Assembly: GCA_036392615.1 (NCBI GenBank)
Contig: DASVXQ010000058.1
Span: 2,123 to 66,122, forward strand
DNA from: Actinomycetes bacterium
GTDB taxonomy: Bacteria; Actinomycetota; CALGFH01
DNA length: 64,000 nucleotides
Direction: 5' to 3'
Shown here: piece after piece, positions 1 through 9,410 of the stretch
Layout of the letters: each line of letters begins with the position of its first letter
Numbering within the stretch: position 1 is the stretch's first letter
The notes under the pieces: generated by a model
What the model was told of the DNA's origin: nothing
Database searches by the model: none
The model's input: only the letters and a program-made list of their open reading frames with translations
Program-made: the position numbers and the translations under genes

Positions 1-841
1 GCGGGCTCGGCGGCTCCTCGGGGTCGGCGAACAGCAGCGCCGCGCCGCCGAAGGCCGGCCGCCAGTGCGCTCCGGTGTCGTCGTCGATGGTCATCGGCGC
101 GCCAGGCGGCACCTGTGGAACCTCCGGCAGCACCACCTTCTGCCGCCGCACGGTGACCAGCGGCAGCTCCAGGCCGGCCAGGCGCGCGACCTCGCCGGAG
201 AACGGCCCGGCCGCGACCACCGCCGCCTGGCAGGCGACCGTGCCGAGCGTGGTCCGCACCTCGGCCACCCGCCCACCGCGCAGCCCGAACCCGGTCACCC
301 CGCAGCCGACCACCGCCTGCGCGCCCGAGGCCGCGGCCAGCGCCATGGTCACCGCCTTGGGGTCGAGCAGCCCGTCCGCCGCCCGGAAGCGGGCCTGCAC
401 CACCTCGGGGGAGAGGAACGGGAACGCCTTGCGCGCCTCGTCGCCATCCAGCAGCTCCACCCCGTCCACCCCCCAGGCGCGCTGCCGCTCGACCAGCCGC
501 CGCTGCCGCTCCGCGCCCGCCGCGGTGGTGGTGAGCCACAGGTAGCCCTGCTGGCGGACGCCCCCGTCGAGGCCCGCCTGGCCGGTCAGCTCGGCGAGGT
601 TCAGGAACAGCTCGGCCGACTCGCGCACCAGCTCGAGCTGCTCGCGCGTCTCCAGTTGCAACCGGAACCCGCCGGCGGCCACCGCCGTGGTCAGGGAGCA
701 CAGCGCCGGCCGCCGCTCCAGCAGCAGCGGCCGCAGCCCAGCCCGGGCGGCATGGAAGGCCGTGGCCGCGCCCACGATGCCCCCGCCCACGATGACCAGC
801 TCCGCCGTCCGCGGCGGCCCCGGCAGGTACCGGATCGCCAT
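1..841 (-). CDS. FAD-dependent oxidoreductase (DadA/glycine-oxidase-like); C-terminal end lies beyond the window edge
   Basis: Own minus-strand translation from ATG (841-839) gives MAIRYLPGPPRTAELVIVGGGIVGAATAFHAARAGLRPLLLERR..., which carries an N-terminal GxGxxG FAD Rossmann motif. The frame stays open to position 1. It is absent from the ORF track because there is no stop codon in the window. Confidence 0.7.
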   Translation of the reverse strand, partial: MAIRYLPGPPRTAELVIVGGGIVGAATAFHAARAGLRPLLLERRPALCSLTTAVAAGGFRLQLETREQLELVRESAELFLNLAELTGQAGLDGGVRQQGYLWLTTTAAGAERQRRLVERQRAWGVDGVELLDGDEARKAFPFLSPEVVQARFRAADGLLDPKAVTMALAAASGAQAVVGCGVTGFGLRGGRVAEVRTTLGTVACQAAVVAAGPFSGEVARLAGLELPLVTVRRQKVVLPEVPQVPPGAPMTIDDDTGAHWRPAFGGAALLFADPEEPPSP

Positions 842-971
842 CGAACCTCCCTCCCGAGGTCGCGCATGGGTCGCCTCAAGGATGCCCCGCCTCCGGCGGT
901 CGCGGCCGGCGCCATGCGCCGCGACGACTGCGGCTGCGGCGGAGAGCCCGCGGCCGGGGCGCCACGCGCGG

Positions 972-2051
972 CTACGACGGCGGCACCGGCTGCGGCGGGG
1001 CGCTCGCGGCGCGCAGCCCGGTGGCGTCCCGCACGCGGGCCATCACCACCGCGGCGCGCTCGCGGGCCCGCAACGCCCCGGCGGCCAGCACCCGGTCCAG
1101 CTCGGCAGGGTCCGCCAGCAGTGCCTGGTAGGCCCTCCTGGCCGGGCCGAAGGCGGCATCCAGCAGCTCCACCAGCTCCTCCTTGACCTCGCGGTAGGCG
1201 AGGCCGCCCTCCAGGTAGCGGGCGCGCATGGCGGCCACCTGCGCCGGCTGCGCCAGCTGGCGGTAGAACGCGAACAGCCGGCAGCTGTCCGGGTCCTTGG
1301 GCTCGTGGGGCGGCCGCGAGTCGGTGACGATCCGCGCGACCAGCGCGCGCAGCTCGTCCGGCTCCGCGAAGATCGGCAGCGTGTTGCCGTAGCTCTTGGA
1401 CATCTTGCGGCCGTCCAGCCCCGGGATGGTCGCCACCCGCTCGTCGATCCGCACCCGCGGCGGGACCAGCACCGGGCCGTGGGCGGCGTTGAACGCGTCG
1501 GCGATCTCCCGCGCGATCTCGACGTGCTGCTTCTGGTCCCGACCGACCGGCACCACCTCCGCGCCGAGCACCAGGATGTCGGCCGTCATCAGCAGCGGGT
1601 AGGCGAACAGCCCGGCGTGGATCCCCTGGTCGGCGGGCCTGCCCGCCGCCCGGTTGGCCTCGGTCGCCGCCTTGTAGGCGTGCGCGCGGTTCAACAGCCC
1701 CTTGCCGGCGTGGCAGGCCAGCACCCAGGTCAGCTCGTACACCTCGGGAAGGTCCGATTGGCGGTACAGCGCCATGCGCCGCGGGTCGGCCCCGAGCGCC
1801 AGCCAGGTCGCCGCCAGCTCGTGGGTGTGGCGTCGCATCGCCGCCCCGTCGCGCGTGGTGGTCAGCGCGTGCGCGTCGGCGATGAAGAAGAACGGCTCGT
1901 GCTCGCCGGCAAGGGCCAGCGCCGGCCGGATCATCCCGAGGTAGTTGCCGAGATGGGGCCGGCCGCTCGACTGGATGCCGGTGACCGCCACCGGCCGGTG
2001 CGCCTCGGGCGCCCGGGTGGGCGCCGGCGCTCTGGTTCTGGTTGCCTGCAC
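972..2051 (-). CDS. trpS: Tryptophan--tRNA ligase
   Basis: 359 aa ORF with class I aaRS signatures: GRPHLGNYLG (HIGH-type) and KMSKS. The length is typical for TrpS. Confidence 0.93.
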   Translation of the reverse strand: MQATRTRAPAPTRAPEAHRPVAVTGIQSSGRPHLGNYLGMIRPALALAGEHEPFFFIADAHALTTTRDGAAMRRHTHELAATWLALGADPRRMALYRQSDLPEVYELTWVLACHAGKGLLNRAHAYKAATEANRAAGRPADQGIHAGLFAYPLLMTADILVLGAEVVPVGRDQKQHVEIAREIADAFNAAHGPVLVPPRVRIDERVATIPGLDGRKMSKSYGNTLPIFAEPDELRALVARIVTDSRPPHEPKDPDSCRLFAFYRQLAQPAQVAAMRARYLEGGLAYREVKEELVELLDAAFGPARRAYQALLADPAELDRVLAAGALRARERAAVVMARVRDATGLRAASAPPQPVPPS

Positions 2052-2331
2052 GGGTTGCTCCCTCTCGATGGGTCGCCGCGAGAAGGAGCAGGACGGGAAC
2101 CGGTCCGGAGACGAACGTGCCGCCCCTTCTCGAGGCGGCCGGACCTGGACTCCCTGGTGCGCGCGTCGGTGGGCCGCCTACGAGGGCGGCCACCACTGGC
2201 GGAGCGTGACGGACGTGCGCATGCGACCACGCTAGGAGTCCGGGGTCGCCGGTGTCAACCGCCGCAATGCCGTTGACGATCCGGACCGGGGCCGGAACAC
2301 TCGCCGGTGAGACGCCGAGGGAAGGAGCGCC

Positions 2332-3348
2332 GTGGAGCTCGGGTTCGCGCTGCCCCATTACGACTTCTCGTTTCCCGACTCGGGGACCGCCGCCGGCCCG
2401 GTCACCTTCGATCGGGTGGCCGGCTACGCCGAGCGGGGAGAGGCGGCCGGATTCGCCGAGCTCTGGGTCTCCGACCACTTCTGGTACGACCTGACGCGCT
2501 ACGGCGGACCGCCCGGCCGCCGCGGCACCCTGGAGTGCTGGACCATGCTGTCCGCGCTGGCCATGCGCACCCGGCGCGCCCGCCTCGGCACCCTGGTCAT
2601 GGCCGCGCCGTTCCGGCCGCCCAGCCTGCTCGCCAAGATGGCCGCCACCCTCGACCAGCTCTCCGGCGGCCGCCTCGACCTCGGACTCGGCGCCGGCTGG
2701 TACGAGGACGAGTTCCGCGGCAACGACCTGGACTTCCCGCCGCCCGGCGAGCGGCTCGCGATGCTCGAGGAGTGCCTCGACATCGTGCGCGAGATGCTCA
2801 CCGCCGCCGGCGAGCCCGTCTCGTACCAGGGCAAGCACTACCAGGTGCACGACGCCCCCGTGCGCCCGCCCGCCGTGCAGCGGCCACGGCCGCCGCTGTG
2901 GGTGGGCGGCTCCGGCAACCGGCTGCTGGGCGTGGTCGCCCGCGCCGCCGACGGCTGGAACACCTGCTGGTCGGTCGCGCCCGACTGGTACGAGGAGCGG
3001 CTCGAGGTCCTCCGCGCCGCCTGCGGGCGCGCCGGCCGCCCGTTCGACGGCGTGCGCCGCTCGCTCGGGCTGACCACGCTCGTCGGCCGCGACGCCGACG
3101 ACCTGGTCGAGCGCTGGCGCCGCCTGCAAGCCTGGGCCCCCGGCGGCGCGCTGGACGGGGTCGAGCTGCGCGAGTGGGCGGCAACCCGGCTCGTCGGCAC
3201 CTCCGACGAGATCCTCGATCAGCTCCGCGGATGGCGGGAGCGGGGCGTGGAGCAGGTCGTCTGCACGTTCTCCAACGCCCCCTTCGGCATCTTCGAGGAT
3301 GAGCAGCTCGACCTCGTCGCCGAGCTCGTCATCCCCCGCCTCCCCTGA
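2332..3348 (+). CDS. LLM-class (luciferase-like) F420-dependent oxidoreductase
   Basis: 338 aa with ...FAELWVSDHF..., LDLGLGAGW and a luciferase-like TIM-barrel pattern. GTG start is preceded by GGGAAGGAG. Confidence 0.82.
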   Translation: MELGFALPHYDFSFPDSGTAAGPVTFDRVAGYAERGEAAGFAELWVSDHFWYDLTRYGGPPGRRGTLECWTMLSALAMRTRRARLGTLVMAAPFRPPSLLAKMAATLDQLSGGRLDLGLGAGWYEDEFRGNDLDFPPPGERLAMLEECLDIVREMLTAAGEPVSYQGKHYQVHDAPVRPPAVQRPRPPLWVGGSGNRLLGVVARAADGWNTCWSVAPDWYEERLEVLRAACGRAGRPFDGVRRSLGLTTLVGRDADDLVERWRRLQAWAPGGALDGVELREWAATRLVGTSDEILDQLRGWRERGVEQVVCTFSNAPFGIFEDEQLDLVAELVIPRLP

Positions 3349-3352
3349 GGGA

Positions 3353-4171
3353 ATGCCCCGCCCCCGACCCCACCCCGACCACCCGCTCCACCCCGGAGCC
3401 TCCCCGGGTCCACGCTCGGGGCCTCCAGATCGCGCCGCGGCCGGGCTGGCCCGGGCCGGATCGGCGCCCCTGGCTCCGGGCCACCGGCCCGCGTCGGACC
3501 AGGCCTTCCGCGGCCGGGGCCCGGCCGTCGGCGCCGGAGCGGTGCTGCGGCCGCGGTGGCGGGGCCGTCTGCACCTGGCCGCGTTCGTGGCGTCCCTGCC
3601 GGCCGGCATCGCGTTGTGCGCCACCGCCAGCTCGAGCTCCGCGCGGATCGCCGTCGCCGTCTACTCGGTCACCGTCTCCGCCGTCTTCGGCGTCAGCGCC
3701 GCGTTCCACCTCGTCTCGTGGTCACCGGCCAGCCGTCGCCGCATGGACCGGCTCGACCGCGCCATGATCTACCTCCAGATCGCCGGCACCTACACGCCCG
3801 TGAGCCTGCTCGCGCTGGATCGGGAGCTCGCCATCGCCGTGCTCGCCGTCATCTGGGCCGGCGCCGTCGCCGGAGCCGCGATCGTCCTGCGCCGGGGCAA
3901 CATCCGCGGCGTCGGCCTGGCGATCTACATGGTGCTCGGTTGGCCCTCGGTCATCGTGCTGCCCTTCGCCCTCGGCAGGGTCCATCCGCTCGGCGTCGCC
4001 CTGCTGCTCGCCGGCGGCGTCATCTACACCGCCGGAGCCATCATGCTCATCCGCCGCTGGCCCAACCCGGTCCCGGCCGTCTTCGGCTACCACGAGGTCT
4101 GGCACGTCCTCACCATCGTCGCCGGCACCTGCCACTGGTCCGTCGTCTGGTACCTCGCCCACACCGCCTGA
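3353..4171 (+). CDS. Hemolysin III / PAQR family membrane protein
   Basis: RPRWRGRLHLAAF motif followed by 7 hydrophobic segments and C-terminal HxxWH (YHEVWHVL). The start is uncertain: in-frame ATG at 3353 lies 5 nt after the upstream stop, and the ORF track begins at 3299. Confidence 0.78.
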   Translation: MPRPRPHPDHPLHPGASPGPRSGPPDRAAAGLARAGSAPLAPGHRPASDQAFRGRGPAVGAGAVLRPRWRGRLHLAAFVASLPAGIALCATASSSSARIAVAVYSVTVSAVFGVSAAFHLVSWSPASRRRMDRLDRAMIYLQIAGTYTPVSLLALDRELAIAVLAVIWAGAVAGAAIVLRRGNIRGVGLAIYMVLGWPSVIVLPFALGRVHPLGVALLLAGGVIYTAGAIMLIRRWPNPVPAVFGYHEVWHVLTIVAGTCHWSVVWYLAHTA

Positions 4172-4195
4172 CCCGGCTCCCCTCCCACGGTGCCC

Positions 4196-4254
4196 TGGTG
4201 ACCGAGGAGGACTTGAACCCCCACGTCCCTGCGGGCACCAGGCCCTCAAGGGCG
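4196..4254 (-). other. tRNA 3'-half-like fragment (probable att-site remnant), not a functional tRNA
   Basis: The reverse complement reads CTTGAGGGCCTGGTGCCCGCAGGGACGTGGGGGTTCAAGTCCTCCTCGGTCACCA. It shows a class II-like variable arm, a T-arm (GGGGG/TTCAAGT/CCTCC), an acceptor 3' strand that is 1 nt short, and CCA. No matching acceptor 5' strand, D-arm or anticodon-stem 5' strand lies further upstream. Confidence 0.5.
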
Positions 4255-4286
4255 GACGGACGCCGACCCTGCGACACAGCTCACCC

Positions 4287-4565
4287 GTGACTTTCGCCGG
4301 CTCGCCCAGGCCGCGGGCCTTCCGGGCCGACCTTCACGGCCTCCGGCACTCGTCCGCGACGGCCGCGCTGGTGGCGGGCGTGCCGGTCAAGGTGGTCAGC
4401 GAACGGCTCGGCCACGCGACGACCGCGATCACGTCGGACCTGTACACGCACGTCCTAGGGGCGACGGACCGGGCCGCCGCGGACCAGGCCGCCGGCCTCA
4501 TCCTCGGCCCCCTGCAACGGGACCATGACCGTCTGTTTGCGGCGTGTTGGCAAATCGGCGCGTGA
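4287..4565 (+). pseudogene. Tyrosine recombinase (phage integrase family), C-terminal stub only
   Basis: The 92 aa ORF contains only the last catalytic boxes, LHGLRHSSAT...GHATTAITSDLYTHV (HxxR ... catalytic Tyr). The roughly 300 aa N-terminal part is missing. Confidence 0.8.
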
Positions 4566-4741
4566 CGAGAGAAGGCAGGCGATGGCTCTCACGTGAAACT
4601 GCTGGTCAGCGGTGGTGTCGGAGGTGCCTCCCCCAACCCTTGGCTTACCTCGCCTCACCGCCACGCTGGCGCTGTGAGCAGCGGCCGTTGCCGGCCATGA
4701 CGAAATACGGCCCAGGGCTGGCCCAGGGACTTGCTCAGTCC

Positions 4742-5218
4742 TCAGCTCACCGCTTTCTTCACCAGCGCGCCGATCCTCGCCTCGTCGTCGGCGGTCAGCT
4801 CCGTCAGCGCGAAAGCGGTCGGCCACATGGCGCCTTCGTCGAGGTTGGCCTGGTCGCTGAAGCCGAACGTCGCGTACCTGGTGTTGAACTTCTGCGCGGG
4901 TTGGAAGAAGCAGACGACCTTGCCGTCCTTGGCATACGCGGGCTGCCCGTACCAGAGTCTCGGTGAGAGGCCTGGCGCGCTGGCTCTGATGATGGCATGG
5001 AGCCGCTCGGCCATGGCGCGATCCGGTTCCGGCAGCTCGGCGATCTTCTCTAGCACGGCGCTTTCCCCGTCCGCCTTGTCCGCGCGCGTACCGCGGCGCG
5101 CGGTCGCCTTCAACTCCTGGGCGCGGTCCTTCATCGCGGCCCGTTCCTCGTCCGTGAATCCCTCGAACGTCTTGTCGGTCGCGGTGGTGCTCTTGGCGGA
5201 CTTCCGCGTGTCCTTCAT
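4742..5218 (-). CDS. DUF1801 (YdhG-like) domain protein
   Basis: 158 aa with [33 protein letters not shown], typical of the YdhG/DUF1801 family. RBS GGGGAGGAA lies upstream of the ATG. Confidence 0.75.
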   Translation of the reverse strand: MKDTRKSAKSTTATDKTFEGFTDEERAAMKDRAQELKATARRGTRADKADGESAVLEKIAELPEPDRAMAERLHAIIRASAPGLSPRLWYGQPAYAKDGKVVCFFQPAQKFNTRYATFGFSDQANLDEGAMWPTAFALTELTADDEARIGALVKKAVS

Positions 5219-5398
5219 TGCAGGTTTCCTCCCCTGCCAGTCGTAATGGGGACGACCCTCATGCTAGGGAGCCGCCGCGGCGGCGGCTTCTCCAAAACTG
5301 ACCGATCGTCACCTGGGGGCGACCACCACACGTGGCCGTGGCGGAGGTTCATCGTCGCCGCCTTCAAGGACGTCGCCATGTGCGGGTGCGTGAGAGCG

Positions 5399-6162
5399 TT
5401 ATCGTAGGCCGGCAAGTAGCCGAGCGGCATCGGCGGAGGCTTCGGGATGCCTTGAGTCGATGGCCTCATGGAACAGCGTGCGCGCGGATGTCAGGTCGCC
5501 GAGATCCCTGGCCAGGACCCCCGGATGCAGCGCAGCCCTGGGTGACGCGTCGGGATGGTGCGTCGCGAGGGCTTGCTCGAGCGCCGTCCGGGCCTCGTCA
5601 ACCCGGCCGATCTCCTTGAGCAGCATGCCGAGCTGCAGGGCGGCCCGGGCGGCGCTGTCCGAGTCCGTCCACGTACTGGCGCGCCGGTACGCAAGCATGG
5701 CCCCGCGCAGCATGCCGGCATCCTCCAGTAGCAAACCGAGGTTGAACGCGCCCTTGGATGCCGCCTCCGGATGGCCAGACTCCATCGCCATCCGGTCGGC
5801 CCGCTCCGCGCCTTCGCGGTCTCCGGCCTCCCGCAGCAGCACGCCCAGGTTCACGGCAGCCGGCGCCGCCTCCTGCGAGCCACCCGATTCCACGGCCTGC
5901 CGGTAGGCGGCGATCGCCGCGTCCGAGTCGCGAGCTCTTCCAGGAGCGCCCCCAGGTTGAAGGCCACCCAAGCCGTCCACTCCGGGTACCCCAATGCGAT
6001 CGCCCGCTGGTAGGCCGCCTGCGCGCCCTTCGGGTCTTCTTCGGACAGCAGGTCACCAAGGCGAACGGCAGCCTGCGGCCCCACAGCTGTCGCGCCAGAG
6101 GCGACCGCACGCCGATAGGCGGCCATCGCGCCCTGCGTTTCTCCGGAATCTTCCAGGGCCAT
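5399..6162 (-). pseudogene. Sel1/TPR-like repeat protein, frameshifted
   Basis: Two overlapping minus-strand ORFs (5851-6162 and 5399-5980) carry the same repeat of about 36 aa (xxAxxAYRRAxxSGxPEAxxxAxxNLGxLLEExGD). Frames switch near 5925-5945 (LLEELA | RDSDAAIAAY). Confidence 0.65.
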
Positions 6163-6567
6163 GCCCCGCTCCAGATCCTTGCGGGGGCCGGTGCGGCCTC
6201 GCCGCGGAGACCCTCAGACGCCTGGGGTGCTCTGTCGTCGCCGCTGCGACTCATCACAGCCCTTCATGGGCAACATGCCGGTCGAGCAAGCTCATAGCAC
6301 GGCCGCGCGCACGACCACCAGCGGACCACGTGCGGACGAGGCCATCTTTGCGGTAAGCCACAGCATCTGATGTCCGGCCGTGGCGCTCCGAAATGAGGCC
6401 TGTCCTCGCCCATACCGCCTGACCGGCCCCGTCGCCGCGAGTCCCAGGTGATCAGGCCACTCGGCCGACCCATCGCGGGCAGCCCGCCTCAGCCGGAGTG
6501 GCGTGCCCAAGCCCACCTGAGCTCTGGCGGCGCAGGCTCCGTCCGCGCCGGCCGCCCCCAGGGTCCG

Positions 6568-7938
6568 CTAGTGGCGTGCCTGCGCTCTCCGAGCGTGCGC
6601 GCGGGGCCGGGCATGGCGGCCGGTCCGGCGGCTGACGGCGGCGGCACGCACCCGCACGACCAGCACCAGCACGGCGACGGTGACGAGCGCCAGCGCGATG
6701 CCGGCCACGATGGACCTCGGCAAGCCGAGGACGGTGTCCCTGGCCGCGGCCGACGCAGCGGCTCCCCCGCCGGCCGCTCCGACCGGCAACTCCGTTGCCG
6801 TGCCGGCGAGCGGTCCGGCGACCACCTCCGGCTCGGGGCGCATCGGCCAGTGGGGGACCAGCGTCCGCTGCGTGGTCGCGGCAGAGCGTCGCGCCGGCAC
6901 GGGCCGCCGCACAGGAGCGCTCGCGACCCCACCCCGGTAGGCGGCCGAGTCGGCGCTGACCCGCAGCGAGCTCTCGTCCACCGCCTCGAGGTCCGCCAGC
7001 ATGACCCGCCCGAGCTGGTGGAGCGCGTCGTTGTCCCAACGCGGATCGGGAACTCCACCGATGAACCCCGACGACCCGTTGTCCGCGACGATCAGCCCGT
7101 AGGTCTGCATCGCCCGCAGGATCACGCGGGCCTGGGTGGGGAAGCCGCTGAGGTCGACCCCCGGGCGCAAGCGCAGCCGCAGTCCCATCGGTGGCAGGTC
7201 GGCGCCGGCCTGGCCGGCCTGGTGGCGCGCTGGCCACAGGTAGCTCGCCTGGCTCCGGTCCACGGTCACGCGGATGGCGTGGTCGACGTGCCCGGCGGCG
7301 ACCTCCTCGTAGCGGATCAGCCCGGCCAGGATCGGCAGCCCCGCCGCGTCCGCGGAGGTCCAGCCGGCGGGCCGCAGCCGGTTGGCGCGCAGGTCATAGA
7401 CCGCTCCCGAACCAGCCCGCCAGCCCGTGCCGTCGCGGTGCGCGTCAAACAGCTCGTAGAGCCGGCAGGTGCCCGACTGAACCACCAGCACGTGTCGGTC
7501 GCCGCTCGCCTGCGGGCCGCCCTCGATCGGCACGTCGGGCGGGATCGGGTACGGCCCGGGATCGCTCTCGCTCGCGTAGGCGAACCGCACCGGCACGCGC
7601 GGCTGGCTGGCCGGCACCACCACGTACGGGATGCCGATCGGGCCGCCGTCCCAGGTCCCGCTGCCGAAGTCCGCATGCAGGCCGGCGCTGGAGCCCATGC
7701 TCCGGATCCACGCGGCCGAGCGCGGATGCCCCGGCAGCCGCGAAACGTCCGCATGCCAGACGTTGTCGCGCGGAAACAGCGGGCACCCCGAGGCCGCCAG
7801 CGACGTCACCGCCCCAGCCGGCGCCGGCAGGACCAGCACCCCACCCGGCGCCAGCGCCGCCACCGCCAGCGCGCCCACAAGCGCCCGCCAGCCCCGCGTC
7901 GACCCCGCGCCAATCCATCGCCGCCGTCGCCTTCGCAT
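6568..7938 (-). CDS. Conserved secreted protein with C-terminal membrane anchor (function unknown)
   Basis: Start taken at ATG 7938 (MRRRRRRWIGAGSTRGWRALVGALAVAALAPGG..., signal-like). A globular, non-biased region runs CPLFPRDNVWHADV...GLIVADNGS. C-terminal TM segment is IVAGIALALVTVAVLVLVV. The ORF-track start at 8121 adds an Arg/Gly-rich extension that I consider spurious. Confidence 0.72.
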   Translation of the reverse strand: MRRRRRRWIGAGSTRGWRALVGALAVAALAPGGVLVLPAPAGAVTSLAASGCPLFPRDNVWHADVSRLPGHPRSAAWIRSMGSSAGLHADFGSGTWDGGPIGIPYVVVPASQPRVPVRFAYASESDPGPYPIPPDVPIEGGPQASGDRHVLVVQSGTCRLYELFDAHRDGTGWRAGSGAVYDLRANRLRPAGWTSADAAGLPILAGLIRYEEVAAGHVDHAIRVTVDRSQASYLWPARHQAGQAGADLPPMGLRLRLRPGVDLSGFPTQARVILRAMQTYGLIVADNGSSGFIGGVPDPRWDNDALHQLGRVMLADLEAVDESSLRVSADSAAYRGGVASAPVRRPVPARRSAATTQRTLVPHWPMRPEPEVVAGPLAGTATELPVGAAGGGAAASAAARDTVLGLPRSIVAGIALALVTVAVLVLVVRVRAAAVSRRTGRHARPRAHARRAQARH

Positions 7939-7993
7939 GGCGCGGGAGCCTATCCGATCCGCGCAGGGCGACGTGCGCGCCGACCGCGCGGCC

Positions 7994-8243
7994 TCAGAAG
8001 CGGATGGCCGACAGGTCGATCCCGACCATCCGCCGCCCACGCCGGTGCAGCGGCAACGAGATCCGCCCCGTCCCGACCCCGATCTCCAGCAACCGCCCCG
8101 CACGCCTCGGCTCCGCCCCACCGGTCTCGCCGGCCATCCCCGCTGCCCGCTCGATCACGTCGGCGATGCGTTCGCTCACCTCGGCGGGGGAACCCTCGCG
8201 TCTGGTCGTAGTACTCGGCGGCCCGGTCGAACGCGATCGAGGA
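7994..8243 (-). pseudogene. Class I SAM-dependent methyltransferase remnant (frameshifted and truncated)
   Basis: AFDRAAEYYDQTRGFP lies in one frame. After a C5 run, PAEVSERIADVIERAAG...LLEIGVGTGRISLPL...VGIDLS (SAM motif I) continues in another frame. A premature stop then follows, about 85 aa in. Confidence 0.5.
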
Positions 8244-8327
8244 GGAGCCGGACGGAGTCGGAGCGGGAATCGCGCACCTCCACGATCGTTGGCGAGCGCC
8301 GCCGCCGCGGGTAGCCTGGCTGGCGCC

Positions 8328-8549
8328 ATGGAACCACAGGATGCCTGCCTCAAGATCATCACCGAAGCCGCTCCCGAGCCGCTCCATTGGACGGTCGTGC
8401 TCGACCGCGCGCTCAAGAACCGCCTGCTCGACCCGTTCACGATCCGCGACGTCCGCGGAACGGTCGTGAAGAGCCTCGCGGCCCTCGCAAAGGAGGGCCG
8501 CGTGGTCAAGCAGAGCACCGGGGTCTACCGCCTCCCCGACGATCGCTAG
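8328..8549 (+). CDS. Small winged-helix-like protein (73 aa)
   Basis: The C-terminal part of ORF 7191-8549 from ATG 8328 reads MEPQDACLKIITEAAPEPLHWTVVLDRALKNRLLDPFTIRDVRGTVVKSLAALAKEGRVVKQSTGVYRLPDDR. Composition is unbiased and the pattern is HARE-HTH/Mrr_N-like. The upstream part of the ORF is Arg/Pro junk. Confidence 0.55.
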   Translation: MEPQDACLKIITEAAPEPLHWTVVLDRALKNRLLDPFTIRDVRGTVVKSLAALAKEGRVVKQSTGVYRLPDDR

Positions 8550-8575
8550 TGCGCCGGCCGCCCGCCGGCTGGCGT

Positions 8576-9316
8576 CTAGCGCCGCTTGCTGCCGGTGGTG
8601 TCCCCCGGGTGGATCGGCGTCACGTCGGCGCCCTGCGATGTCTGGCCCTGCGCCCCAGCGGCGGTGTCAGCCCCGCGGGGTCCGGCCATGCTGGCTGAGC
8701 CCAGGCCGCTCTCCGTGCCGGTGGCTGTCGAGGTGCTGGTCGGACCCTGCGGTCCGGTGCTCGCGCGCATCTCGGCGACCTTGTCGCTGGCGGCGTTGGC
8801 GCGCTCCTTCAGCGCCTGGCGCGCCTCCTGACCCTTCTTCGGGGCGGTGAGCCAGCCGATCAGCATGCCGAGGCCGGCGACACCGGCGCCGGCCGCCATC
8901 ATGCGCCGCCGACGCTTACGGGCAACCTTGCGGTACTGCCTGGCGCGCTCCGGGAACATCTTGTCGGTCGCCCGACGGGTCATGTCGGCGACCTGATCGG
9001 GGTCGGGGATTCGCCGGGCGACCGCCTCGAGGGCGGCGTCGCGAGCCTGGCGGCTTGCCTTCTTGCTCGCCTTCACGCTCTTGCGGCTGGCCTCTTTGCC
9101 GAGCGCTGTGGCCCGCCGTGTCGCCTCGGCGCTGGCCTCGCTGGTGCGCCGGCTCGCCGACGACATCGCCTTGGTGATCGCCTCTCTGGCGACCTCGAGG
9201 GCGTCACTGAGCTCGTCGGTCACCTCGGCGACCTGACCCCGGACTTCTTCAGTTGTCGGCAGGCGGCCGGCGACCGCCCGCTTGGCCTTGTCGATCTTGC
9301 TCCTGCGCCGGAACAT
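8576..9316 (-). CDS. YtxH-domain protein
   Basis: 246 aa. A central hydrophobic segment is followed by APKKGQEARQALKERA (YtxH signature), with coiled, charged flanks. RBS AAGGAGG lies 5 nt upstream of the ATG. Confidence 0.72.
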   Translation of the reverse strand: MFRRRSKIDKAKRAVAGRLPTTEEVRGQVAEVTDELSDALEVAREAITKAMSSASRRTSEASAEATRRATALGKEASRKSVKASKKASRQARDAALEAVARRIPDPDQVADMTRRATDKMFPERARQYRKVARKRRRRMMAAGAGVAGLGMLIGWLTAPKKGQEARQALKERANAASDKVAEMRASTGPQGPTSTSTATGTESGLGSASMAGPRGADTAAGAQGQTSQGADVTPIHPGDTTGSKRR

Positions 9317-9410
9317 AGGGCCTCCTTGACTGATTTGCGCCGGTCGCTCCTAGCTTGCTGCCCTGCCTACCCTTTGTTGCCCTTCTCCAAGGAGGAAAAA
9401 CGGGCGTCGA

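Noticed and set aside
691-3624. 977 aa minus-strand ORF spanning trpS and the LLM oxidoreductase region
   Set aside because: Composition is extreme Arg/Pro/Ala/Gly. It overlaps two well-supported genes in other frames or strands. This is a typical stop-codon-poor artefact of high-GC DNA.
4196-4285. Complete 90 nt class II tRNA (Leu/Ser) on the minus strand
   Set aside because: No 5' acceptor strand is complementary to TCGGTCA, there is no D-arm, and the anticodon stem cannot form (CCGCC versus GCCTG). Only the 3' half is tRNA-like, so it is called a fragment.
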